64,000 bases of DNA from Clostridiales bacterium (GCA_023667345.1 JAMPAF010000006.1:6997-70996), one strand, 5' to 3'. Counted from the first letter of the stretch, positions 44,124 to 55,380 are shown. Program-made: numbers and translations. The notes: generated by a model from the letters alone, not told the origin.

Positions 44124-45203
44124 TTACTCTTCCTCTTCGCTCTTCTTCCTTTTGGGCTTGCGGGCAAAAATCGAGGGGCGCTTGCGCTTTTCCTCGGTCG
44201 GCTTTTTGTTCTTGCCCTCAAGGTCGATATTCCCCTCAAGCTCCATATCCTTGCACGGGTTGACCTTTACGTAGCCGCACTCCTCGGCGTAATCGAAAAT
44301 TTCCTTGGTCATCCATTCCGCGATATTCCTCTCATCCGCGGGCACGCTGTCCAAAAGCTTTATGAGCGCGGCGGGGTCGACCGCATACATATACTTTTTG
44401 CCGAACGCGGGCAGAAAATAATTATCGAGCAGCGCGCTCATTCTTTCGCCGTACTTTCTTGTAGCTTTTCTTATAGCCTTATTGAGTTGCTGTTCGCTTG
44501 TGAGCGACTGGTACCACTCGATAGCCACGAACGAAAATCTGTACTTGACCTTTGCGGGCGAAATGAGCCAGCGGAAAAAGCCCGCCATGCCGCCGAATAT
44601 CAGAGGCAAGCCCGTGAAGATTATCGACATTACCGCAAACACTATGGCAACCGTGTCGAATGTGGCGCCAACGGGGCTCTTCGTCCCGCGTGAGGCGGAA
44701 ATAACCAGCGCGGTTATCGCGATTGCAAGCGAGGCGAGCCGCACCACGAACAGCACGATTTTGCGCGTCTTTTTGTGCTTTTTCGCCATCGCGGTCGTCG
44801 TGCTTTTGCCCGACGCGATTGTCACTATAAACAACGCCAAAATGGTTACGACGTACACGCCTATGCACACGTACACGGCTACGTCGAGCCCGAGCGACAA
44901 ATCTTTATACAGCTTACCCAAAAGCAAAAAGGGTATGTAGAGCATAAAGAAGATTATGGATATTGCCGTGGACACCGCGTTTAAGCGGCGGAATATCTGG
45001 GCGCGGTTGTCGTAGATGGGCTTTACCCAGCTTGTGTACGCGTCCTGCACGGTGGGGATAAAATTTATTACCCCCGATATGGTCTTGAAAAGCGACTGCC
45101 TTGTCTGCTTTGCGTCCTTTTCGCTTACCGCTTCCTTAATTTCGTCGTCCTTGCCGTCTGCTATGACGGTGACCGCCGTTTCGTCGGTTTCGTTCTTTTT
45201 CAT
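44124..45203 (-). CDS. hypothetical membrane protein with cytoplasmic C-terminal domain and Lys/Glu tail
   Basis: AGGTGA SD 8 nt after the ABC-F stop. About six hydrophobic segments. No family recognised. Confidence 0.7.
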   Translation of the reverse strand: MKKNETDETAVTVIADGKDDEIKEAVSEKDAKQTRQSLFKTISGVINFIPTVQDAYTSWVKPIYDNRAQIFRRLNAVSTAISIIFFMLYIPFLLLGKLYKDLSLGLDVAVYVCIGVYVVTILALFIVTIASGKSTTTAMAKKHKKTRKIVLFVVRLASLAIAITALVISASRGTKSPVGATFDTVAIVFAVMSIIFTGLPLIFGGMAGFFRWLISPAKVKYRFSFVAIEWYQSLTSEQQLNKAIRKATRKYGERMSALLDNYFLPAFGKKYMYAVDPAALIKLLDSVPADERNIAEWMTKEIFDYAEECGYVKVNPCKDMELEGNIDLEGKNKKPTEEKRKRPSIFARKPKRKKSEEEE

Positions 45204-45211
45204 AAAATCAC

Positions 45212-47104
45212 CTAATCTATAAGTTGCCCGTACCTTTCGTACAGTTTTTCAAGGTCGCCGCGCGTTTTTTCAAGCTCGGCAACCGCTTCGCTGAGTTTTT
45301 TGTAATCGCCCGTAACCTCGGGGTCGGAAAGGCGGGCGTTTATCTCCGCTTCCCGCTCTTCGAGCGCGCTAATCTCCGCCTCGACAGCTTTGAGCTCTGC
45401 GCGGCGGTTTGCCTCCGCCGCCCGCTCTCTTTTCGAGCGGTAGCTCTTCGCGCGCTCCTCTTCCGCCTCCCTGCGGCGCGCCTCTTCCTCTTTTCGGCGC
45501 TCGCCTTCGGCGGCTTCCGCCTTAGCTTTTTTGTAGCCCTCGTACCCGCCGCCGTAAGCCTTTAAAGCCCTGTCCTCTATCTCGACGATACGTTCCGCCA
45601 CCGCCGAAATGAAATATCTGTCGTGCGAGACGAAGATTACCGTGCCGTCGAAATTTTTGAGAGCGTCCTCCAAACTTTCCCTTGCGGGAAGGTCGAGATG
45701 GTTTGTAGGCTCGTCCAAAACGAGCACGTTGCCGCACGCGTTTTCGAACACGCACAGCGCGAGCTTCGCCCGCTCGCCGCCCGAGAGCGACGACACCTTT
45801 TTGTCGACGTCCTCCGCACTCAGCCCGCACCGCGCGAGCGACGAGCGCACCTCGGTTAAAGAATACGAAACGTGCCTCTCCCACAGCTCCGCCTGAACGG
45901 TATTTTCGCCGTTCAAGTTCGCCATTTCCTGGTCGTAGTAAGCTATTTTTACGTACCGCCCCAAGGTTATCGCGGGGTCGCCGCCGACGATTGCACGCAG
46001 AAGAGTGGACTTCCCCGCGCCGTTTTCGCCGAGAATTGCCACCTTTTCGCCGCGCAGAATTTGCAGTTGACCCCCTACTATCAGCGATTTACCGCCTATT
46101 CCGAGGTTTAGCCCGCAGATTGTGAGAACCTCTTTCGCGGACTGCTGCGAATACGTAAAAGAGAACTTCGGCGGGCGGGGCGGCAGGTACGGCTTTTCTA
46201 AAACGTCCATGCGTTCGAGCTGCTTTACGCGCGACTGCGCGCTCTTTGCCGTGGTTGCGCGCACTATGTTTTTGTCGACGTACGTTTGCAGTTTTTTAAT
46301 CTCTTCCTGCTGCTTTTCGTACTCCTTCAAAGCGCGCTCGTATCTTTCCGCCTTTAAAATTTTGTACTTGCTGTAATTGCCCGCATACGCGTTCAGCCGC
46401 TTGTTTTCGATTTCGAGTATCTTCGTAACCGTTCTGTCGAGAAAATATCTGTCGTGCGAGACGACGAACACCGCGCCCCTGAACGCGGACAGATAATCTT
46501 CCAGCCAGTACAGCGTCTTTACGTCGAGGTGGTTTGTGGGCTCGTCCAAAACGAGCAAATCGGGGCTTTCAAGAAGAAGGCGGGCAAGGCGCAACCTCGT
46601 CTTTTCGCCGCCCGACATAGTGTCGATTACGCGGTCGTAAAAATTTTCGAACCCCATACCGTTTAACACGGTCTTTATCTTAACGTCGACGTTGTAGCAA
46701 TCGCGCGAGGCGACGAATTTATTTAACGCCTCGATTTTTGCCGACAGTATTTTATATTCCTTGCCGCCGTACTCGCAATCGACAAGTTCGGCGTTGAGCG
46801 ACGCCAGCCTTTCGACGGCGGCAATTTCTTCGCCGAATACCGCGCGCATTTCGGCGTATACGGTGTTGCCGCTCTCGTAGCCGCCGTTCTGTTCGAGATA
46901 GCCTATGCGCACGCCGTTCTTTTTTATGACCTCGCCGCTATCGGGCAAAAGCCGCCCGAGCATAAGCTTTATGAGCGTGGTTTTGCCCGCGCCGTTATCG
47001 CCGACGAGCCCGACGCGCTCCCCCTCGTTTACGGCAAAGGCGACGCCTTGGATTATTAAGTTGTCGCCGTAGCCGAACCCTACGGAAGATAGCGATATAA
47101 GCAT
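45212..47104 (-). CDS. ABC-F family ATPase (two ABC domains plus C-terminal coiled coil)
   Basis: Two Walker A (GDNGAGKTT, GENGAGKST) and two signatures (MSGGEKTRL, LSGGERAKL). No TMD. Arg/Glu-rich C-terminal helix. Confidence 0.9.
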   Translation of the reverse strand: MLISLSSVGFGYGDNLIIQGVAFAVNEGERVGLVGDNGAGKTTLIKLMLGRLLPDSGEVIKKNGVRIGYLEQNGGYESGNTVYAEMRAVFGEEIAAVERLASLNAELVDCEYGGKEYKILSAKIEALNKFVASRDCYNVDVKIKTVLNGMGFENFYDRVIDTMSGGEKTRLRLARLLLESPDLLVLDEPTNHLDVKTLYWLEDYLSAFRGAVFVVSHDRYFLDRTVTKILEIENKRLNAYAGNYSKYKILKAERYERALKEYEKQQEEIKKLQTYVDKNIVRATTAKSAQSRVKQLERMDVLEKPYLPPRPPKFSFTYSQQSAKEVLTICGLNLGIGGKSLIVGGQLQILRGEKVAILGENGAGKSTLLRAIVGGDPAITLGRYVKIAYYDQEMANLNGENTVQAELWERHVSYSLTEVRSSLARCGLSAEDVDKKVSSLSGGERAKLALCVFENACGNVLVLDEPTNHLDLPARESLEDALKNFDGTVIFVSHDRYFISAVAERIVEIEDRALKAYGGGYEGYKKAKAEAAEGERRKEEEARRREAEEERAKSYRSKRERAAEANRRAELKAVEAEISALEEREAEINARLSDPEVTGDYKKLSEAVAELEKTRGDLEKLYERYGQLID

Positions 47105-47112
47105 AGTTTTTT

Positions 47113-47373
47113 AATGCGGAATGCGGAATGCGTCGTCCCTTGCCTTCCACCTTAATAAAGGGGGAAGGTGGCTGCGTAGCAGACGGATGAGGGATGTGTA
47201 ATATGACTGCATTATAAATAAGGTCAGATTACCGAAACCTCTATCCCCTTGACCTTGACGGTCAAGGTACTTTCCCCTTAAACGCAAGGGGAAAGCAAGT
47301 ATAAGGTGATAATTCCTAATTCCTAATTCCTAATTCCTAATTCTTAATTCTTAATTCTGCATTCTTAATTAAC
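47113..47373 (+). repeat. full type II P element with both H arrays (47113-47133; 47311-47373)
   Basis: AATGCGG AATGCGG AATGCGT ... CCTTCCACC-ttaataaa-GGGGGAAGG, GGCTGC-gta-GCAGAC, GGATGAGGG...CCTCTATCC enclosing GTAATATGAC/GTCAGATTAC, CCTTGACC-ttga-CGGTCAAGG, CTTTCCCC-ttaaacgca-AGGGGAAAG, then nine CNNAATT units. Confidence 0.9.
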
Positions 47374-48224
47374 TAAAAGTCCCACTTTGGTATAAACGCC
47401 GTTTCCGCGCTGTCTTTATCCTGCAAAAACACGTTTTTTAGCCCTAACTTTCGCACGCGGCTTAACACCTTGTCGTACTCTCTGTCCGTAACCTTGCGTT
47501 CAAGCTCGGGGAATTTTTCCGCCTCGCCGAACGGCGTGTACTGCCGCATCAGCGAAAAATATGTGTCCTCGGGTAGTTCCGCGACGAATTCCGCAACCTT
47601 TACGCTGTCGTACGAGGCGAGCGGCAAGATTAAGTGCCGCACTATGCACCCAGATAAAAGTTTACCGTCGCCGGAAAGCTTTTTCGGCTTTTTCGACATA
47701 AACTCCACCGCTGGCAGAGCAAAGTCGGCATAGTCCGCGCGCCCCGTGTAGCGCTCCGCCAGAAAGCCGTCGATAAACTTTAAGTCGGGCAAATAGATAT
47801 CCGTGAACGTGTCCGCGATTTTAAGCGTCGAAAGTTTTTCGTAACCGTGCGTGTTGTACACAACGGGAATTTTCGGGCGGTATATGGAAAACGCCTCGGC
47901 AATCTTGTCCACGTAGTGCGTGGGCGTAACCAAATTTATGTTGTCCGCGCCCCGCTCTTCAAGCTCTTTGAATATGCCCGCAAGCTCCGAGGCGGTTATT
48001 TCCTTTCCCCTTTCGTTGCGCGAAAGTTCGAAGTTCTGGCAGAAAACGCACCGCAAGGAACACCCGCAGAAAAACACGCAACCGCTTCCGTTTTTAAAGG
48101 AGATTACGGGCTCCTCGAACGGGTGAAGATAGTATTTTGCGATTTTAATTCCGCCCACGCCGCAACGCCCCGCACTCTTTTCGCGGTCGGCATTGCACGA
48201 AACGGGGCAAAGCGAGCATTTCAT
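47373..48224 (-). CDS. radical SAM protein, PflX-like activase family
   Basis: CSLRCVFCQN (CxxxCxxC) plus an N-terminal Cys cluster CSLCPVSC. Confidence 0.85.
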   Translation of the reverse strand: MKCSLCPVSCNADREKSAGRCGVGGIKIAKYYLHPFEEPVISFKNGSGCVFFCGCSLRCVFCQNFELSRNERGKEITASELAGIFKELEERGADNINLVTPTHYVDKIAEAFSIYRPKIPVVYNTHGYEKLSTLKIADTFTDIYLPDLKFIDGFLAERYTGRADYADFALPAVEFMSKKPKKLSGDGKLLSGCIVRHLILPLASYDSVKVAEFVAELPEDTYFSLMRQYTPFGEAEKFPELERKVTDREYDKVLSRVRKLGLKNVFLQDKDSAETAFIPKWDF

Positions 48225-48233
48225 ACATATTTA

Positions 48234-48262
48234 ATTGTACCACATAAAATACGGCTTGTAAA
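48234..48262 (-). promoter_or_regulatory. promoter TTTACA-17-TACAAT (TGG extended), 9 nt upstream of the radical-SAM ATG
   Basis: Minus-strand reading. No SD. Confidence 0.5.
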
Positions 48263-48306
48263 CTGCTGTAATTTAATTGACATCGGAAAAATATGTATAT
48301 ATAATA

Positions 48307-48400
48307 AATTCGGAATTAGGAATGCGGAATTCGGAATTATTCCGCAAACGTGCTTTCCACCTTAATAAAAGGGAATGCAAGAGAAGAGGTTCTATTCCGA
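48307..48400 (+). repeat. H array (5 units, 48307-48341) plus degenerate P1/P3 modules upstream of the metK riboswitch
   Basis: AATTCGG AATTAGG AATGCGG AATTCGG AATTATT; CTTTCCACC-ttaataaaa-GGGAATG; GAAGAGGTT. Confidence 0.7.
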
Positions 48401-48426
48401 ATTTCAAAAATAATTTGTTTAAAATA

Positions 48427-48556
48427 TTAACCATAGAGAGTGTGCGAGAGAACGGCTCCGCGACCACACAGCAACCTGCTTTGCAAGGTGCTAAGACCGT
48501 ACCGATGGGTAGAAATACGTTTTTTAAACCCCGTTCGGTTGCGAGCGGGGCTTTTA
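48427..48556 (+). promoter_or_regulatory. SAM-I (S-box)-like riboswitch with terminator, metK leader
   Basis: CCATAGAGAGTGTGCGAGAGAACGGCTCCGCGACCACACAGCAACCTGCTTTGCAAGGTGCTAAGACCGTACCGATGGGTAG carries the conserved AGAGAG, AGCAACC and GGTGCTAA blocks with plausible P1-P4 pairings. CCCCG...CGGGG plus CTTTT follows (48529-48555). Some core positions deviate from the consensus I remember. Confidence 0.65.
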
Positions 48557-48577
48557 AATTAGCAATAGAGGTACATT

Positions 48578-49762
48578 ATGAAGAAGTTTTTTACGAGCGA
48601 GAGCGTGACCGAAGGTCACCCCGATAAACTGTGCGACGCGATTTCGGACGCGTGCGTAGACGCGATTTTGGCAAAGGACCCGCTTGCCCGCTGCGCCGTC
48701 GAGTGCTGTGCGGCTTACGACGGACTGTTGATTATGGGCGAGGTTACCTCGACCGTGAGCGCGGACTACGAAAAAATTGCCCGCGAGACGATTAAAAAGA
48801 TAGGCTACACGTTCGGCACGTTTGCCTGTGACGAGGTTAAAATAACCGTCGCCGTGCACGGTCAGAGCCCCGACATTGCGCAAGGGGTCGACAGTTCGCT
48901 CGAAAGAAGAAGCGGCGAGAGCGACGACGCTGACGAGTTGGGCGCGGGCGACCAGGGCATGATGTTCGGCTACGCATGCAGCGAAACCGAAGAGCTTATG
49001 CCCCTGCCCGTAATGCTTGCGCACAAGCTTGCAAAGCGGCTTACCGACGTAAGAAAGAGCGGACTTTTGCCCTATCTTCGCCCCGACGGCAAGACGCAGG
49101 TTACAATCGAGTACGACGGCAACACGCCCAAGAGGGTCGACGCCGTAGTCGTTTCCACCCAGCACGACGAGAGCGTTACGCAGGAAATTTTACGCGCGGA
49201 CGTAATCGAAAACGTAATTAAAAAAATAATTCCGTCCAATCTTTTGGATGGCGGCACGCGCATATTCGTCAACCCGACGGGAAGGTTTTTGATAGGCGGA
49301 CCGGAGGGCGACAGCGGCTTGACGGGAAGGAAAATTATCGTCGATACCTACGGCGGTGCGTGCGCGCACGGCGGCGGAGCTTTTTCGGGCAAGGACCCCA
49401 CGAAAGTCGACCGTTCGGCGGCATATATGGCGCGGTATATCTGCAAAAATGCGGTTGCCGCAGGGCTGTGCGAAAAGATAGAATTGCAGGTTGCGTACGC
49501 CATCGGCGTATCGCGCCCCGTATCCGTTTTCGTCGATACGTTCGGCACGGGCGTTCTGAGCGACGGCGAGATTGCGGATATTATCGTAAAGGAATTCGAT
49601 ATGCGCCCCCGCGCCATAATCGAAACGCTCAATCTTCGCCAACCCATCTATTCGCAGACGGCGGCTTACGGGCACTTCGGCAAGCCCTACCTTCCCTGGG
49701 AACAGTGCGACAGAGTTGACGATTTAAGGCGTTTCGTCTCCGCCAAGTCCCTTAACCGCTAA
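48578..49762 (+). CDS. metK: S-adenosylmethionine synthetase
   Basis: [28 protein letters not shown], and [16 protein letters not shown] motifs. Confidence 0.95.
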   Translation: MKKFFTSESVTEGHPDKLCDAISDACVDAILAKDPLARCAVECCAAYDGLLIMGEVTSTVSADYEKIARETIKKIGYTFGTFACDEVKITVAVHGQSPDIAQGVDSSLERRSGESDDADELGAGDQGMMFGYACSETEELMPLPVMLAHKLAKRLTDVRKSGLLPYLRPDGKTQVTIEYDGNTPKRVDAVVVSTQHDESVTQEILRADVIENVIKKIIPSNLLDGGTRIFVNPTGRFLIGGPEGDSGLTGRKIIVDTYGGACAHGGGAFSGKDPTKVDRSAAYMARYICKNAVAAGLCEKIELQVAYAIGVSRPVSVFVDTFGTGVLSDGEIADIIVKEFDMRPRAIIETLNLRQPIYSQTAAYGHFGKPYLPWEQCDRVDDLRRFVSAKSLNR

Positions 49763-49792
49763 ATTGCAGTCAGACTTATCACCGCAAAACGA

Positions 49793-49834
49793 AGCGTGGC
49801 GCAACAAAAGTTGCGCCACGCTCTTTATATTTTT
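49793..49834 (+). terminator. intrinsic terminator after metK
   Basis: AGCGTGGCGCAAC-aaaa-GTTGCGCCACGCT plus CTTTATATTTTT. Confidence 0.8.
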
Positions 49835-49900
49835 ACATAAATTTGACCATTGCAAGGGTGTAGCGGAACGAGGTACACCACCCGCCGCCGTTGGGGTATG

Positions 49901-50056
49901 CCGTCATTGCGAGGGCACTTGTGCCCGTGGCAATCCAGAATTACGTAGTCCGCGGTGTTCGCTTCCTACTTGTCGCCGTATTACCACGAGGGGATTCTCT
50001 CGGTCAATCGCCCGCTTTCAGCGGGTCTCATATCCCTCGAAATGACACACCTTAAT
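49901..50056 (+). repeat. T2 module (49901-49953) plus T4 module (inverted copy of 62355-62425)
   Basis: CCGTCATTGCGAGGGCACTTGTGCCCGTGGCAATCCAGAATTACGTAGTCCGC; then ...CCACGAGGGGATTCTCTCGGTCAATCGCCCGCTTTCAGCGGGTCTCATATCCCTCGAAATGACAC. Confidence 0.85.
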
Positions 50057-50067
50057 GTGCTTGTAAA

Positions 50068-50105
50068 TCATTTAAAAGCCGCCGCGCAAAATTTGCGCGG
50101 CGGCT
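50068..50105 (-). terminator. intrinsic terminator after ligA
   Basis: AGCCGCCGCGCAAA/TTTGCGCGGCGGCT, with TTTTAAA on the minus strand. Confidence 0.7.
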
Positions 50106-50128
50106 AAAATTTTTATTTTACCTTAATT

Positions 50129-50154
50129 GCGCATTGCCCATTGCACATTGCGAA

Positions 50155-50156
<2 letters not shown>
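50129..50156 (-). repeat. H array variant (GCGCATT GCCCATT GCACATT GCGAATT)
   Basis: Four 7-nt units. The last one overlaps the ligA stop codon (50155-50157). Confidence 0.75.
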
Positions 50157-52307
<2,151 letters not shown>

Positions 52308-52320
<13 letters not shown>

Positions 52321-54680
52321 ATCGTCAGCGGGGCAATCGAAGCCGACAGCTCCTTTATCCCTTGCCCTTCGAACGCAATGTTTACTACACTGCCGCCGTT
52401 TTTGACGGCGATTACCGTGCCCGTGCCGAACTTGGGGTGGCGCACCTTACAGCCGACGTAAAAATTTTTCGCCGCCGGTTTTTGCTTGGGCGCGGTTGAA
52501 AACGCCGACGCCGCCGAAAAGCTCTTCTGAGGCTTTGCGGGCTGAGAATAACCTGCCTGGGAATAGGAAGGCGAAGGGTCGGGCGCGTAGCCGTCGTCGG
52601 AAGAATAGACGCCCCGTCCGCGGCCGCGCTCGCCGTCCCAGAAGTCGCCCTCGTACCCGCTTCCGTAGGTTGAACGCGAGCCGTAGCCGCCAGAACGCGA
52701 GTAGCCGCTTCCGTAACCCGAGCCGCCGTACCCGCCGCCATATGCGCGCTTGGTATATGACGAAGTTTCGCGCTCGCTGCTTTTTATTTTGTCGCCCATC
52801 TCCTTAATAAACGGCGAGGGCGCGGTGCGCTCCCTGTGCCCGTACAGATAGCGGCTTTTGGAGCGGGTGAGCCACAACTGCTTCTTTGCGCGGGTCACCG
52901 CGACGTACATAAGCCGCCTTTCCTCTTCGAGCGCGGAGGGGTCGTCCTTGGCGCGCGACGTCGGCATAATGCCCTCTTCCAGCCCTACGATAAATACGTT
53001 TTTGAATTCGAGCCCTTTGACCGAGTGAATGGTGGCGAGAGTCACGTAGTTGCCGTCGTCCATTTCGTCGGTGTCGGAAGCGAGCGTGACCTGATTTAAA
53101 TAGTCGTTTAAAGTTGCCGTCGGGTTGAGCCGCGCAAAGTCGTCTACCGCCGCGATAAATTCGTCTATATTGGCAAGTTTGCTGTCCCCGTCGTCCGTGC
53201 CGTCGTCGTAAGCCGACTTTAAGTCGGTGGTAAGAATAATTTCGCGCACCAAACTGCCCACGTCGGACGACTGCGCGGATATGACGAACTGTTTGACCGT
53301 CGAGGCGAAGCCCGCAATCTTTTCCTTTGCAGATTTGGGCAGAGGCAACCCGTCAACGTCGATACACGCGTCGTACAGCGAAAGCCCGCCGCTCTCCTGC
53401 GCGTAGCTTTCCATAACCTCTATCGTCTTTGCGCCTATGCCGCGGCGTGGCACGTTGATAATGCGCGCGAACGCCTCGTTGTCGAACGGGTTGGAAACAA
53501 GGCGCATATAGGCTAAAATATCTTTAATTTCCTTGCGCTCGAAGAACTTGAAGCCGCCGAAAACCTTGTACGGTATGCCGTACTTTGCGAACTCCTGCTC
53601 GTACGAGCGGGTGAGCGCGTTTATGCGCATTAAAACGGCGAAGTCAGAGTAATTGCCCCCCGCATATACCGCGGCGTTTATGGTTTTTGCCGCAAATAAC
53701 GCCTCGTCCTTTTCCTCTTCCGACTGCACGTATTCGGGCTTTATTCCCTCCTCTGCCTCCGTCCAGAGCGTCTTTTTGCGGCGCACTCCGTTGTGGGCTA
53801 TGACCTTGTTCGCAAGGTCTAAAATAGACTTTGTCGAGCGGTAGTTGCGTTGCAGCTTATATACCTTCGCTTGGGGATAGTCCTTATCGAACTTTAAAAT
53901 ATTCTCTATCTCCGCGCCTCGCCAGCCGTATATCGACTGGTCGTCGTCGCCCACAGCGAAAAGGTTACCGTGCTTGCTTGCGAGCAGCCTTATAATGTTG
54001 TACTGCACGGTGTTCGTGTCCTGAAATTCGTCGACGTGAATATATTTAAACTTGTCGGAAAGATAGCCGCGCACCTCGGCGTTGCCGCGAAGAAGCCTTA
54101 GCGTCTGCACGAGTAAATCGTCGAAATCGAGCGCGTTGCACTCGGCTAAATAGGCGTTATACTTTTCGTATACGTCGCACGCGACGCGTATGTTGTCCTC
54201 GTGCTTGTAGCGAACGCCGTACTCGTCGGGGTCCAGCCCGAGCATTTTCGCGTTGCCTATGTGGTACTTAACCGACTTCATTAACTTTTCGTCGTAGCCG
54301 AGCTCCTTGAAAACCTTTTTGATTACGTTTGACCGCTCGGTTTCGCTGTAAATCGAAAAGTTGGGCTGAATTCCGCCCGCATCGCCGTATCTGCGCAATA
54401 TCCGCACGCACATCGAGTGAATGGTGCAAATCCACATATTTCCGATATCGCCGAGGGAATAGGCGACCCTCTCTTTCATTTCGCGCGCCGCCTTGTTAGT
54501 AAAGGTTATCGCGAGGATATTCGAGGGGGAACAGAGCTTTTTTTCGAGTATGTAGGCAATTCGCGAGGTTAAAACGCGCGTTTTGCCGCTGCCTGCGCCC
54601 GCGAGCACGAGCACCGCGCCCTGCGTATCCGTGACGGGCTTTATCTGTTCTTCGTTTAAGTTCTTCAAAATTTCTTCCAT
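52308..54680 (-). CDS. pcrA: ATP-dependent DNA helicase PcrA/UvrD with G/S/Y-rich linker and C-terminal Tudor-like domain
   Basis: AGAGSGKT, DEFQDTN, VTLATIHSVKGLEF, and YVAVTRAKKQL motifs. Conserved pcrA-ligA order. Start at ATG 54680 (MEEILKNLNEEQ). Confidence 0.95.
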
Positions 54681-54689
54681 TACGTATTT

Positions 54690-54718
54690 ATTATACAACA
54701 ATCCACGCCCCAAAGCAA
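54690..54718 (-). promoter_or_regulatory. promoter TTGCTT-17-TATAAT, 9 nt upstream of the pcrA ATG
   Basis: Minus-strand reading. No SD. Confidence 0.45.
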
Positions 54719-54728
54719 GAAAAAGGTT

Positions 54729-54893
54729 GTCAATTCAGAATTAAGAATTAAGAATTTGAGTCAATTCGGAATTAGGAATTTATGTCAATTCGGAATTATG
54801 AATGCGGAATGCGTAATTATGCTAAGGTAAAAATATTTACAACAATCCGACCGTCACTCTTAATTCTACATTCTTAATTCTGCATTAATTCCG
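54729..54893. repeat. block upstream of pcrA: H units, 72-nt IR core (54784-54855), H array (54859-54893)
   Basis: The reverse complement of 54784-54855 differs from 52228-52299 at 3 of 72 positions. The flanking heptamers also correspond. Confidence 0.9.
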
Positions 54894-54898
54894 CGTTG

Positions 54899-55279
54899 CT
54901 ATATCGCGTTTTCCTTTTCTTTGCGGTACTTTTCGAGTGCGGCTAAGTACTTTGCCGAAATCTCCATGGTGTAGCGTTGCCGCTCCTCATACGACAGCGT
55001 TTGAAAATATTCCTTATCCGTCAGCCGCCCGATTGCGTCCGACACCTCGCCGTGCTCGTCCAAAAGCTTTTTGACCTTTAAATAAAAGCCGTCCTCCTCT
55101 TCGCCGCGGATTACGCTTTTCACCTTGTCGTACATGCGCGACTTTACCTTTGCCGCGCTTTTGCCGCTCTCTTCGGCGAGCTTCGCCGTCTTGTCGAAGT
55201 CCTCCTTGCACCTCTTCCAAAAATCGCCCGCAAGCCGCCGCTTCGCCTGTTTTGCCATCGCCTTTAAATCGTCCATCAC
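54899..55279 (-). CDS. hypothetical helical protein (126 aa)
   Basis: Charged, helix-prone ORF. No family recognised. Confidence 0.55.
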   Translation of the reverse strand: MMDDLKAMAKQAKRRLAGDFWKRCKEDFDKTAKLAEESGKSAAKVKSRMYDKVKSVIRGEEEDGFYLKVKKLLDEHGEVSDAIGRLTDKEYFQTLSYEERQRYTMEISAKYLAALEKYRKEKENAI

Positions 55280-55334
55280 ACCCTTCCCCGTCGGCTCAAC
55301 TCTGCAAAAACCGACATATTACGACAAATTATTC

Positions 55335-55374
55335 AATGAAAAAACTCTACCCAAGTTTATCTTAGGTAGAGTTT
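55335..55374 (-). terminator. intrinsic terminator after rpsU
   Basis: AAACTCTACC-13 nt-GGTAGAGTTT, then TTTTT on the minus strand. Confidence 0.7.
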
Positions 55375-55380
55375 AAAATT

